A DNA stretch of 57,976 bases, filler included, from Sphacelaria rigidula (lineage: Eukaryota), in assembly GCA_964200075.2 (NCBI GenBank). It is 9 parts of 9 records of this genome, joined end to end, with 100 filler letters (N's around TTAATTAATTAA, not from the genome) between each part and the next. Parts side by side here need not be neighbours in the genome. Positions count along the whole stretch, not along the records: positions 1 to 6,354 come from CAXNAA020020586.1; positions 6,455 to 12,808 come from CAXNAA020020587.1; 7 more parts are not named here. One strand, given 5' to 3'. The translations under genes were made by a program, and so were the position numbers. The notes beneath the pieces are model-generated. The model worked only from the letters and a program-made list of their open reading frames with translations. It did no database searches and was not told where the DNA came from. Positions 1 through 12,512 of the stretch are shown one piece after another. The first letter of the stretch is position 1. The number at the start of each line of letters is the position of its first letter.

Positions 1-669
1 ACCGCACGTTTTCAACACCAAAACAATTTAATAAGACACGTCCTCAACACCAACTCACAAGGAAATCTACAATCAAGTAATGAATGAGTTGATTCATTCA
101 TGAATAAATACCCTGTAGTACCTTAACTCTAGCCCTCACCCATGAAACCTAATTTACGATCCCTGTTTTACGGTAACGTCGGTCGTTTTTTGTCCCAAAC
201 CTATGATACTAAACATGAACGAAACGCCGTGCAACAGAAATTACATGAGGGCGAGGTTTCGGCGGCACTGCCCCCGCCCCTCCGCTACCCGCAACGGACA
301 ATTTTTCTGAATTCAATATTTTGAAGTAGAGGGTAGCCACAATGCAGGACGCTACACCATGAAACCGGCGTTATCGAGTCCGTTCGCTCAACAGGATTTG
401 AATAGAGTGCAAGGTCTCGAGGATTGACTGTCCGACGTCCCAACCCTGAACTCTGCCGTACACCTATAGCTGGTATGGTAGGTGACGGGGTATATCACCC
501 CCTATCGATGAGTTTTCGTCATTTGATCTTGATTTTGTGGAAAAGGAAGACATTGTTGTGACATCAGCCATCCATAGATGTTGAGGAGCTTTTGTCAACG
601 CCGCAACCGCTGGCCGCGTGACCCTTACAATGCTCGAGATGACCGCCCGCGGTACACTGTGGTCCATAC

Positions 670-832
670 CTAGCTTGTTGGGGTCATCTTCATCCTTGTA
701 CTTGAAAAACTCCTCTCTTAGCTGCTGCCTCCCTGCGTCTAGCATCATCTTGTCCCCTCTAAAAGCGTACTCCCGTGCGCGCATGATCCGTTTGAACCCT
801 CCCAGTATCTGAGGTCGAAACGATGATGCCAT
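670..832 (-). CDS. First exon of an LYR-motif protein, complex III assembly factor LYRM7/MZM1-like (later exons not located)
   Basis: ATG at 832 gives MASSFRPQILGGFKRIMRAREYAFRGDKMMLDAGRQQLREEFFKYKDEDDPNKL, followed by the donor GTATGG at 669. The FKRIMRAR..AF.GD..ML...R...REEF pattern matches my recollection of the LYRM7/MZM1 family. Confidence 0.75.
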
Positions 833-1150
833 CTTGTCACGTGTCCCTGGGCGGCACTGTACGGGTAGGTATTGCAAGTTGCGGGTCATCTGCTGTGAAG
901 ATGATATTCAGAGATGACTTTTCTGTGTAGGTTTTAGGGGGCAACAGTTGTTACGGTTCACTGTGTGGTTGGTCTTTCGACGAGTACGAGGACGTTTCGT
1001 CGAACGGGTAGGACTGCCAGTAATTATCCCGCCGCAACATTTTGCGCGACGCGATACCACAGAAATGCTGAACGTCGGCGGCAGAGATTCGCTGATTGCT
1101 GTTGCACGGGAGAATAGCGGCTCGATAAAAATATAGTCTTGGGCAGGAAC

Positions 1151-4100
1151 ATGAATCATCAGGTGAGCTACAGCTGTTGGGTGAGTATGAATCATCACAC
1201 CGTCACTGAACATGGGCCTCGGTGGAAGTCGCATGACTTGCTTCCTGCGAAGTACTCGCGTGCAGACATGGAGCTTGCATATTCTTGTACCAAGCCTCGT
1301 TCACTACCGCTGACTACTACTACGCGCGCGTGTGTGCATCAACCATTGAACACTTTGATTCGAAATATGCACGATCTCTCTTCACTTCGGGTTCAAGCTC
1401 GACGATTCGATTATTCTCGTGCCCCTTTCCCATGCTGTCTGCCGGTTGTCTTCGTCACGTCCTCGTGTTAGGTGGTCACCGACTACACCAATGTCAACAC
1501 CGAGAATTCTTCGGTATGCGTCTACGTCAGGGCTCGGCCGCCGAATCAGGGGTGGACGCTGGAAGACGACGACGCCGATACATGCGCCGAGGACAAATTC
1601 CAGAACCCTCTCCAAGCAACTCTCGCAGGTGTTATCCAGCTGTACAATAGCTCACGTACCCCTATTCATAGTTTGTTCATGTATCGCGTTGTAGGTGTAT
1701 CACAAGCAGGGCGTTGATTTGTGCTCGCCTGTAATTTAAGGTGATCATGCGTTAACCGCGCGCCCTTGATTGATTGAAAGATAAGCACACATTAACGGAC
1801 TTCCGAGGAATCCAGTCATGGCCACAAGATAGACATACCTAAGGTAAACACAGCGGACACTCTCGCTAAAGGAAACTCGAGAAAGGAATCAGACGAAGAC
1901 ACGTAAAACAAAGGGAGAAAACTGGACGAAAACGAGAGACAAACAGAACAGAAGGAACAAAGGAAAAAGAGAGGAAAGGTGAAAAAGAAGACAAATAGAC
2001 CGTCGCGATGAAAAAACTACAATAAAAACGATGACATACAGTAAAATAGGTATAATAGGAAAGATGGAGAGCAAGAAACAAGGAACAAGGAACAAGAGAA
2101 TGGCAAGCCCCTGCAGCATCACTTCAGATAGACAACGACCATGCGAGGAACAAGAAAAAAAATGCCAAGGAAGCTATTTGGGAATTACCCCACTATTTGG
2201 GTATGGGCTGTCCCCCACGCGGGGACGAGACACAAATATCACTCCAGCATGAAAATGAGAAAAAGGAAAAACGCGAGAGAAAGAGATGGAGACAGAGAGG
2301 AGTACGATCACAGGGACATCGCTAAGGTTGCAAGCGAAAAAAGAAGCCAACAGGCGATGAGATGAGACCGAGGAATATCAATTTCGTGTTACGCCCCTCC
2401 CACTCATCCCTAGTCCAGTTCAAAGCGCGCCTCTCTCTCGGCCATTTCCATCTTGGACTCCTCGTGAGCTGTTTCTGTTGTTGCTGTGTCAGTGGTGGCG
2501 GCTAGACTCCCAATGTCGTTAGCCCATGTTCTTCGCCGTGATGGTCCAGTCTTGTGAGTCTTGGGCCTCCATACCGTACACGAGTGTTTCTTCACTCTCC
2601 CGCTCCTGCGTGTGTATAGCTACACACGTTACTAACTATAAATCACAAAGTCAAAATATTTGAAACGAGCCACCACAACTTGAAACGTGGGTGAATGACA
2701 CCTGGGGTCGGGAAAAGCGGGAAGGGGGTTCGAGGAGGCGTGGAGTTGCAAAGACTTACGCAAAGTTGACCTACGTCACAAGCTAAGGGCTGTTGCGTTG
2801 AGAGTTGGGGAGAAATTATTGATTGGTTTTACGAGCCCACGCATCGATCGCACGGACATGCCCGAGATACTATAGCTCATCAAAGATAGACAAGGCTAAT
2901 AGCCGATCGAGATAGGCAGGATATATCGTGTTAACAGCCCGTCCGCGAAAAGAGTGGGGGTCAAGGAAAGGAAAGGAGAGTAATGAGAGGGCACCAGTAC
3001 AGTACGGTACAGTAGTGCGGCGCACAGTCACGCACGTACAAGTCACGCACGTCATAAGTCACGCGCTTCACAAAATGGTGACGTGCCCTAAAACGTTCCC
3101 GGATCCTATCTACGTACATCAAGCCAAATGTACCGAAACGTGTGCAGTCATCGTGACACGGACAAGTCAAGGTTCGGACGAATCATCGTTCGTTCGAATC
3201 ACCAAATCTACGATTCCCGAGGCCTGACTGCTCGAAAGTGAAAAAAGAGTTGACTGCTGGTCAAGCAAGTCTCTACGCAAATTCTGTGCTAGTCCACGTG
3301 CCTGAGGTGCGCGTATCTGGGGCGCAACGCTGAAAACAAAAGCCAAGGACTGGTTTGTACGCTATGAATCAATTGCACTAAAAGCAAGCGACTTACAGAT
3401 AAGTCATTATTCGTTCGACCCTCACAAGATATCGCCCCCTATGCATGACTGCTTCAGCAGCATTCCGTTAGGATGGCACGAAACACGTGCTCTGTAAAAG
3501 TCGCCGCCACTGCTGGTATGACGAAAAGAGCAATAACCTGAGAGGGAGCCAACATAGAAAGGGTCGAGAGGGTGACCCATTTCGCCCCTGGTCAGGGATG
3601 AAGGGGCGCAGGGGGAGTAGCACGGAAGCTGATGGCTCCATCCTATCTTGTCTTGTCAGTTGCCGACTCCTTCCATTGACTGGCAACTGTAACGCTGTTT
3701 GTTCCCTTGCCTTTCCCCCTGTTCATGCCCTGTTTCTTTTCTGGGTTTTCTCTCCCCTCCGTTCATTATTTTTCGTTTTCTTCCTCTATTCCTATCTTTG
3801 TCTCTCTATTTGTCTTTCTAGTTGTTGCTTGCTTTCCTTTGTGACGGTTTAAGAGACAGCCAACTAGACTACTGACCAGTCAGTCAGCGCTGACTGGTCA
3901 GTAGTCTAGTTGGTTATCTCTTAAACCGTCACACCTTCCTTCATTTCTCTGTCTGTCTCTGTCTCCGTCTCTGTCTCTGTCTCTGTCTCTGTCTCCCTCT
4001 CTCTCTTGCTCTAGCTCTTATCGTTCATTTGACTTCGTTTTATTTATAGTTGCTATTGCTGTCGTTGTCGTTGTCGCCGTCGTCTTGTTGTGTTTTGATA

Positions 4101-6206
4101 CGATTTTTACCTGAAGCCATGCAGGAGAGACCTGTCGTGGATGTTTCTCAGGACCAGTACCACATGTTTGCTTGACGTTTTCCCTTGTTTTCCCTCTTCC
4201 CTTTCCTTCCCTTTCCTTCCCTTTCCTTCCCTTTCCTTCCCTTTCCTCTCCTTTTCCCCTTTCCATCCTTTCAGTCCGATTCTGTTCATTCTCTCCTCCC
4301 CTCTCCCCAACTATTCTCCTTCTCGAGATTCCTTCAACAGGCGTTTTCGTCCACTTGCCGTGGGTGCAACGTCGCAACCACGGCTGGATTCATAGCAGAT
4401 CACTGAACTACTCAATTTCAATGTGCGACAACCAATCAATCGAAATCAATTCATCTTGAAAGGAACGAGGTCCCCGCGATAAGAGGTCGAACTGCTGACG
4501 ACAACACTGAAAACCTCTACTCGCCGCTGCCGCTGCTTACGGTTCTGACCCGATCAAGCGCAAAAATATTATTGTGTCGTACTGTCTTAACCTACACAGG
4601 CTTGTCACCGAAGAGCACCTCGGCGGGACCTACGTCCGCGCCCCATGCCACAAATAGCGCCTTCATTTCGAATTTTCTTGACAATCCCAAGAAAATTAGC
4701 ATCAAGGATCCCTCTTCGCACGCCAAGCACCATGGAGAGATAAACTTCTCGTTCGACAAGGTCTTCTGGACGGAATGTTCTCAGGAGGAAATTTTCCAGG
4801 TAAATATATTGCGATCAAGTTGCTGGTGAATATCTTGGCTTTTACTAAATAGCATCAATGAACACGTGCTTCTATCTCAATACCTCATTTCATGCATGTA
4901 TGTGCGATTCAGCAGCTGTAGTAAACATGCGGCCGTCTCAAGGGAGGGTGGGCAGGATGAAACGATTTTCTTAGGGCTTCACTCGAATAGCGGTCGAGTC
5001 GCGTGCAACCCGTCATAACACTGGGTGCAGGCGCACACGGTCACCGTTTAAGCGCTCGTACTTTCATCAGCAGGAGGTCAGTCCTTGCGGAGGTGTGCGG
5101 GTCACCGGGCACAAGTTGTCTTGCCTGTTACGCTCTTCTATCTGCCCGTATTTTGTGCTAGGCGATGCGCGTATCTCCGCAGCGATTGATCCTCTGCCGG
5201 CAAGATTACGAGCTCTCGAAGGGTGATGGTGGGCGCTTGAACCGAGTGTTGGGGCTGGTTTTTTGCGATTCGATCCCTTTTTGTGTTGACAAACATCTAA
5301 AACCGCTTCATCACGCTTGAGGGAGACACCCTCGCTCGAACGTTGTAGCACTTTGGCAGTACGCCTACAGTGATTCTCCACATCTTGCACGCCCATTTAG
5401 TGTGCCATTTTCATTTGAATGACTGCTTGGCACCTGCTGTCCACATCGCCCCACCGCTCATTGTGTTGAACCTGCATATCTAATGTTTGCATGACCGTGT
5501 CGCTCTCTTCGGGTGTGTTGGCGCTCGTTGTGTCGCCACCCTCCTCGTACCAGGCAGTGGCGAAGCCCCAGGTGGAAAACATCCTGAACGGGTTCAACTG
5601 CTGTTGCTTCGCTTACGGACAAACTGGTTCGGGTAAGATTTATTCTGGGAACAATCCCTATTGAGCGATGCAACAATTTCACGAACTGCAGACATCGAAC
5701 CGCATCCGCAAGGGGCGTCTGCCCACGACTACACGACAGGCACCCTTCGACGATTTTGCGCTCTTCTGTTTCTTTCGTTCCCCACACATACACGACCTGC
5801 CCAATATGGCTTCTCGATGACATTGCAGGTAAGACGTACAGCATGTTCGGAGAAGGCGAAGGAAACTCTCGCGGGATGATCCCCCGGTGCATGGAGGAAA
5901 TATTTTCGCAGCTGGAGATGAGAGCCAAGGTGACTGACTACGCAGAAATGACCCAGCAAGTGATACCGGCGACTTTTCACATATTGGCGCAGAGTTTCGC
6001 CGTAATCTTATGCGAGAATCTTATGCGAGAGGGGCTTTGCACTCTTGTTCCCTCGATTTCAGGACAAGGAGGTCGTGGTTGTGGTGAGTTTCCTAGAGAT
6101 ATACTGCGATCAGGTGAGAGACCTCGGCGAGGCGTACATGTCTCATGGAGAGCGAGAAGTGGACGGGTTGAAGACCACGAGCGACATCTATCGACAAATG
6201 AAGTCG
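1151..6206 (+). CDS. Kinesin motor-domain gene, 5' part. Exons 1151-1162, 1472-1628, 4600-4799, 5554-5632, 5829-5929, 6063-6206; truncated by the contig end
   Basis: All introns are GT-AG with matching phases. The spliced protein has ENSSVCVYVRARP, FSFDKVFW..CSQEEIFQ, ILNGFNCCCFAYGQTGSGKTYSMFG (P-loop, split by an intron), RGMIPRCMEEIF and VSFLEIYCDQVRDL. The 12-nt first exon (MNHQ) is less certain. Confidence 0.93.
1840..2610 (-). mobile_element. Probable decayed LINE 3' end (coding remnant plus pyrimidine-rich 3' UTR) in kinesin intron 2
   Basis: Minus-strand remnant reads ..QDWTITAKNMG.. and ..EMAEREARFELD*, followed by a long T/C-rich tract. The layout resembles the LINE 3' end at 22790-23367. 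Confidence 0.4.
3840..3933. repeat. Near-perfect 44-bp inverted repeat with a 6-nt loop, in a kinesin intron
   Basis: TGTGACGGTTTAAGAGACAGCCAACTAGACTACTGACCAGTCAG (3840-3883) against its reverse complement at 3890-3933, with 2 differences. Confidence 0.95.
3946..4010. repeat. (CTGTCT)n / CT-rich microsatellite
   Basis: Directly visible tandem repeat. Confidence 0.9.
4196..4262. repeat. (CCCTTTCCTT)n simple repeat
   Basis: Directly visible 10-bp tandem units. Confidence 0.9.
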
Positions 6207-6354
6207 GTGAGACATACGTTCCTGAACGATTACTTTCAACGGTATCTGCATTCACGCCCCCCCCCCGTCCCCCCCTCTTTGCTTATAATATTAGCAGGAT
6301 GCAGCTCACCCTTCATGCGACTCGCCGAACACACCACGGCGCTTCACGCTTGGT

Positions 6355-6454
6355 NNNNNNNNNNNNNNNNNNNNNNNNNNNNNNNNNNNNNNNNNNNNTT
6401 AATTAATTAANNNNNNNNNNNNNNNNNNNNNNNNNNNNNNNNNNNNNNNNNNNN
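6355..6454. other. Artificial contig linker N44-TTAATTAATTAA-N44. Identical linkers at 12809-12908, 19262-19361, 25715-25814, 32168-32267, 38621-38720, 45073-45172, 51525-51624
   Basis: Eight identical 100-nt blocks with stops in all six frames. The intervening pieces are 6354, 6354, 6353, 6353, 6353, 6353, 6352, 6352 and 6352 bp. Confidence 0.98.
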
Positions 6455-6559
6455 CCCTTGTCGAACGAGGGAACATACCCTGCTGGATGGCCATCTCCGT
6501 CGCCCCCGCTACCTAGCACTAAGTTATCGACACCACCTTTTCCCGGATCCTCACCGACA

Positions 6560-9500
6560 GGCGGCTTCCGCCCCCCCCACAGACCCCTCGACTACATCAA
6601 CATCCCCATCTGCCCCCGCCCTCTCTTCCCGTGACCCTCCAGATGACTGCACGCCATTACGCTTGAACCAATGACACGGAAGGTTCCACGGTACTGAGCC
6701 TTTCGCGGCCAGAAGTCGGTGGGACGTCGCCATGTCGTCCTTGATGGCCTGCTGTTTGTCGAAATCTGCGCGTCGCACGGGAGGGTGGAGGCAGTGCATC
6801 TGAGGTATTCAGGGCTCGGATGCGCTCCTGCGGTGGGGAAAATGATGTGAGAAATAAGGGTGAGAAACTTGGACCCGCCGTCCGCAGCGAAAACAAAATA
6901 AATAGAGTACACAGCGATCAGGATACAGTGTCACCACTTGGGGTGCTTAGAGGTGCAACGCACCGAGGGTGTAGAGGGCAGCTAGCCGACTGTGGACGGC
7001 GTTGTAGCGAGCCAGTATGTTATCTCGCTGTGCGGCATCCACCTCCTTCAGGTCAAATGGAGGTGCGCCCTCCACATCTGAAACACCCATGCGGAAGAGC
7101 GGGTGAGGGGCTCCCTCGTAGATCCCGGCGGTCGTCTTTACCGTCAAGACTGTGGCATGCATGTGCTTCTTCATACCGACGGTCACCTGCTCCGTCCCCG
7201 CTGAGCGGATTTCGAATGAACGGGGCTAAGTCACGCCACGAATGGGCAGCACACGGCCTCCTCCACCGACAGCTCCTTTGAAGTTGCCGAGGGAGGGAAG
7301 AGTGGTGGTGAACACCTCCAGTGACTTGTATGCCTTGCGAAAAGCTTACGCCTGCTGCCTTCTCGTGAACAGGCAAACTCCCTTGCAGTGAATGGAAATC
7401 CTGGTAAACAATTCCAATGCTTTTGTCGTCGGTTATTGCTATAAACATATAAATTTCAGATCATCGCCACTCGCTCTACGCATAAAACACATCCCTGAAT
7501 ATGCCAGTACGAAATCAGGCCGGTTTGTTCGACCCATGTTATTATGGTATTTTGGGGCGTAAGTACGTGTGCTGTGGGTCATCGTGGATTCACGTCCAGT
7601 CCACCTACGGCGCTTCGAAATCGCATATATCTGGACACCATGTCGCGTGGAATATCGCTGCCGGAGGCGGTATTTCATCTGCTCTTCGGGTTTTGCCCAC
7701 CGCGTCTGTGGAGGCAACGCATGACTTGTGCGACCCGTGTCAACAACGGCAGAGGTACTCGTGCAGTGAGAGATCTCGTCTGAAACAAATACGACAACGT
7801 AAACGACAAAAATAATCCAAAATATAGCGGGAGTATTGAGTGATAGGTGCGGTTTCACGCCTGCAGTATCACAGTAGAAGGCGAACGATTTCGTTCATCC
7901 CTTCCAGTGCGATGGGGATGGTGTCTCCTTGCCCCCCGTCGTATTCGCGGATAAATTACGATTTAGTTTGACGTGGTCACAGGGAGGAACAGCGGGGTCG
8001 CCGGTAGATGATGTAACCATCACCGGGTCTTGTGATGGGTGGGTCCGTTCGTATACTGGATAAAATCAACGTCTTGGTTGGATTCACTACGGTTCGTATA
8101 GGGAACGACCATTTTTTCCCGTGACACAAAGCTACATAATTTCCCCCACTCGTCACTGTTGTCTGCAAGGATATTCCCGACGCACCTCGAAAAGACCTGG
8201 TCTATCATGATGTGGGTATGTCCCACCATCATGAAATTAATCTCCACGCGGCCGATTGTCCCACGGGCCACAAGACATTTGAGGTATCCCAGCACGATGT
8301 GGTTCTTATTTTCATCAACACAGTTGTCGAGTTGCAGATACAGCTCATCGATGTAAGCTGGTGTGTCGCTGGTGCAGTGCAAGTCGAATAATCGGGTGAG
8401 CGCGAGGTGGATTGAAGTGCAAATAAGATTGCTCCCTGCACAGCGGCGAGCAACGACGGCGTCAGGGCGCGAATGTTAGTATTCTCGGGGGTTGCTGGCT
8501 ATGAGTAATGCCGTAACAACTCATCTCTTACTCTCGGTCGGGATACGAAAAGGCCTCCCGAGCAGATTGCTCGGATAAAAAAGCAAGATAGCCGAGTGTC
8601 TTATGCCCCCCGCGGTGCGCAACTCATCGTGGGCGGTGTCTGGCTCAAGAATGCCGTTAGTGCGTGCACATCGCGTGGGAGAGCAGGGACTTACCTCCTC
8701 CGACTGTGAGGGGAGACAGGAAGAATTCCACGAACTGCCATTCCACAAGTACTGCCATAACGTTTTGGCGCTCCACGTATCCCCTGCTAGACGTGGTGAT
8801 CGCCAACAACGACGAGCAGAAGTCATATGCACCACTGAAGCAACATGAATGGATATCCAGAATCAGTTACTCAAGTACTTGTTATGGCGTCCCGGCTCAT
8901 GACAGAAACCCTTGAAGGGCGATAAGTAACTCGATATATGCCTTGACACCTCCTGCGGTCTCGGAAGAGACAATTCTCCGAATACCGTCTTTGCAGCAAA
9001 ACGGTCGTGAGAAAACACAGTGGAACATTCGTCACACTTCATACAGGATGTTTGCACCAAAACGCAGCATATCCCGGGCAGGATACTGTGTGGTGCCCTT
9101 GTATTTTTCGAGATGAGGGGCAGAAAATGAAGGTATAAGGGATCGTCCAATTCTAGGGGCCGAAGAACAGCGAGGGAAAATTTGAAGCGAGGGGGGGCGC
9201 AGACGATGACAGAACGGCGTAGAACACACGTGTATGACCTGGAGATATGCAGAGAAATATAATCGCATCGGACTGAAACACAAAGGGGGAGGGGGGGAAT
9301 GATGCTTCGTTACCCGTGCTGTCGCGATAATCGCTCTCTCACCTGTCTGTGCCGTGTGTCAACGGCGAGCACATCGGTAACGCGAAGGCCGTTTGGGCTG
9401 CTGCGTCTGCTTGCATGGACACGTACTTGAGTAGTTCCATGTTCGCCTTTGCTCTAATGGCACCGGAGCTGATGGTGGCCAACCGCTGTCGGTCTACCGT

Positions 9501-11083
9501 CAACACCTGAAGGAGCGGCGGGGTGGCGACGTGCGGCTTTTTCAGGGGCGCCTGGTGGTGCACTAGGCTCTGCGGGATTGGTTAAACTCACTCCCCGATC
9601 GCGACACCTCAACAAATACGCGTGCTTTGGCCCGTGAAGACCTGTCTGCCGCCCGAGGCTCAAATGAGGCACTCTACTCGCGGGATAGCGTGCCTTCAGA
9701 GGAGGATGAAATTGTACTGGGCGAGGGGAGTGACACAATGGTCGAGGCGTCCAAATCCACGCCCTACTAGCGCAACTGTACGATTACAAAAGGTCTTGAG
9801 TCCTGAACAAGCCGGGGGTGGTGAAGATGCATCCTGGAAATACATGAACAGGAGGTGATGGTGACAGATGGTTTGCAGCTAAGATGTGAAAAATCTAACT
9901 CGGCGTACCAGAGGCGTAGCCCGGCGCAGAAAAGTGCGTAATTTAGTTGTCGTTGAGTGCATGGATGCGCGTTTTTCTCGCGGTTGAACCAACACCAAGT
10001 TACTCAACAAGAGTACGAGGCCAGAGTCTCCTCATGACTTCTGGGGGTTGGGCTGTCGTAGCCCATTCGCGGTATTTTTGCGTCGTGGGGACGCTGCATA
10101 CAGAATAAGCTCACGATGTTCTCACCTTCATATGCTCAGCTTGCCCCGCTGCGACCTTCTTCATCGTGTCGGGGTTCGCCGTTACCCTCACATCTGCTGT
10201 CCCATTCAGGGTGTCGTGAAAAATCGTGCAGCTGTGACACTTCATAAACGAGCATCCGGAGCGCATCTTGTAGTGTGGGCGGTGTTTTCGCAGCGTGAGG
10301 TAAAAATAGGCCTTGCTAACGGCTGCCGCTCCGACGCGAGTCGCCTCTGCCACGTGAGTGTCGTACAATTCCTACCGAACGTCACGGTGCATCGGAGGAA
10401 TAAGTAACGCCATGGGTCGCGCGAATCTGCGCTTGCGTGGAATCGATAGTGGAGAGGGTCATGCTGCGGTAGGACGGTTGGGAGGGGGAGGGAGTGGTAA
10501 GGGGGATTTCGGGCCATTCTTTTGTATGGTGTTGTGCTTGAAATTGCCGTCGATAGCAGCAGTGGTTGTTCCAACGCGCTGTCCTACATGAATGACACTC
10601 GCTCATACTGCTTTGCTCCGCTTTTGCCACAGAACTAGTGCACCGCGAGTGTTTTGGGTCGTCTGCGGTATCTATGGACCAATGTTTTCGTGGGTTCAAA
10701 CACTTCCCTGCCTTTCACAGCGTGACTCGACGAAAGATACGTGACGGAAAACGTTTGAAAGGCGCGCCTGTTTCTGGAAAAGAACTATCGATTACGGATG
10801 GCGAGTCTCGGTGAGTGTGCTGACAACGCCGGGCGGTTGCGCCACTGCGTGGTGGGAGCGGCTTTCCTAACGGCACAAATAAGATTTGCAAGTGCAGCTG
10901 CTGAGCGCACGCGGGACTACGGATGAATGCGTCAGAGACTCGTCAACCGCTGTTTGTGCGTACCTTCTTGTTGCGCATGTAGAAATATGCTGCATCCTCG
11001 TGGGGCATGAGCTCACCGTACACGTCGGCATACCAATCCAGGTAAGCGAGGAGAGTTCGCTCGCGGTCGGACTCTTTCCTCGC
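6560..11083 (-). pseudogene. Intron-containing Sola-type (DDD, DUF7869-like) transposase pseudogene. Exons 11083-10964, 10371-10126, 9506-9343, 8783-8695, 8435-8186, 7400-6964, and from 6827 onward
   Basis: Phase-consistent GT-AG splicing gives YLDWYADVYGELMP, SFMKCHSC, VSMQADAAAQTAFALP, GGGSNLICTSI, LYLQLDNCVDENKN and FMMVGHTHIMIDQVFSRIS. In-frame stops at 7346-7348 and 7226-7228, and a probable frameshift in the last exon. The 5' exon and the 3' end were not located. Confidence 0.75.
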
Positions 11084-12512
11084 CTGACAGCCACCGCGAT
11101 TCATGACATATGCAGTGTCGAAATGGGCGCGTCGACACGCATTTATTTACGGGCGGTGGTTATTGTCTGACATGCTCGAACCGCGGTGCGGGGAAAATCA
11201 TGGCCAACCAGGGATCAGAATGCCCTTGGACGTGGAGTACTTCTGTGGTGGTGCTTCACGGTTACTGTTGGGGTGAGATACAGGCTGGGCCAGCCTACAA
11301 GCGGATTTGTAATTTGCAGGCGAATTCGCAAATTTTTTTCTTGAGTTGGGCGGTGAAATTTGACATGAACAATCAACAGGGCATGAAGTACAGCTGTCTG
11401 TGAAGTCCCGAAGGAATATGTGAGGTTGGATTTTATGTTATATTTTCATTGATCGCGGGCGTTCGAGTATGGTGGCGACCATTTTTTTACAAGAACGGCC
11501 GAACCTCCCATAAAAACATAATGAAGGCCTGTTTTTTTTACTCTGCACCTCCGTAAGCGCACTTGAGGTTGAGCTCAACTTGAGGTCCTCGGGCTTAATC
11601 GTTAGACCGTGAGATCAGTCTTTCTGGATCATGCATACTTTTCTTCGCTTGAAATTGATGCCGATTCAACAGGAGACTAACCTCGCGGTCTAAGGGTTAA
11701 CTAAGCCTTTTTACCGAAAAGCTTTATTGTCGACCGGCTCAAGGGGTGGAGTGTTCTTCAAACCCCGTGAGAACAGAAGGCGGCCTGCCTCGGTGAAGGG
11801 CATAGTGGGTGGCGACATCGCTGTGAAGCGAACTAGCGCATCCGCGCTAATCGATACTCTGTCTCTACCACAAAATTTTGATGGTACTTTGAAGCACTGT
11901 TCACAGGGATACGGGCGTATGTACAGCATCGATCGAAACCCCCTTTGTCATCTGTACACTTAGGGGCATATAACCGCCAGAAAACTCATTACAGATGGAA
12001 AATGAAATTTCGAGTTCAGATTTATGCTTCTGTGATGAAAATTCTGCGGGCCAGAAGCTTTTGCAACTGCATGCCGTGTGTGCGAGTAGTATCGGGGCGA
12101 AAGGCAGCGCCAGAGTATCTGTGCACTTCTCCTCGTGGGGGGGGGGCAACGTAACAGCACACATGAGGTAGTCACGGCACCTTGTCTTATCCGTCTTGTC
12201 GTGTCAACATCAAAGGACGTATAAGCTCTGTAACCTTCTGATTTTCAAAACAACGGGGAATGTGAACTTGGGACCACCCGCTTGTGCGGTGTCGTGTCCG
12301 CACGTCGCACCTGAGGGGCAAGGTTGCAGGTTTGCTGGGATGTGCACCGTACGTGCTGATACCTCGGCACAATGTACAAAAACAAAATGCAGACACATCC
12401 CCCGACGCATCCAACTCCACACCCCGCTCGGATCATTAGCATCACACCCGTTTCATCCGGGCAGTAACTCACAGCTAGCGCGATCCTGATACTCGACCTG
12501 TAGTACAGTGAA

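Noticed and set aside
1866..4459. Hydrophobic or charged ORFs (e.g. 1866-2122, 4018-4459) that mimic membrane or repeat proteins
   Set aside because: They are translations of purine/pyrimidine-skewed intronic repeats and microsatellites.
4469..4500. GTTCGA T-loop-like motif on the minus strand
   Set aside because: Too short, with no cloverleaf upstream.
6399..6410. Palindromic TTAATTAATTAA recurring every ~6.45 kb, resembling a regular site or a TTAA target
   Set aside because: It is always centred in exactly 44+44 Ns, so it is an artificial six-frame-stop linker.
11679..11700. ...CTAAGGG|TTAA as a possible transposon terminus next to the Sola-type gene
   Set aside because: No matching opposite end was found within the contig, so it cannot be told apart from chance.
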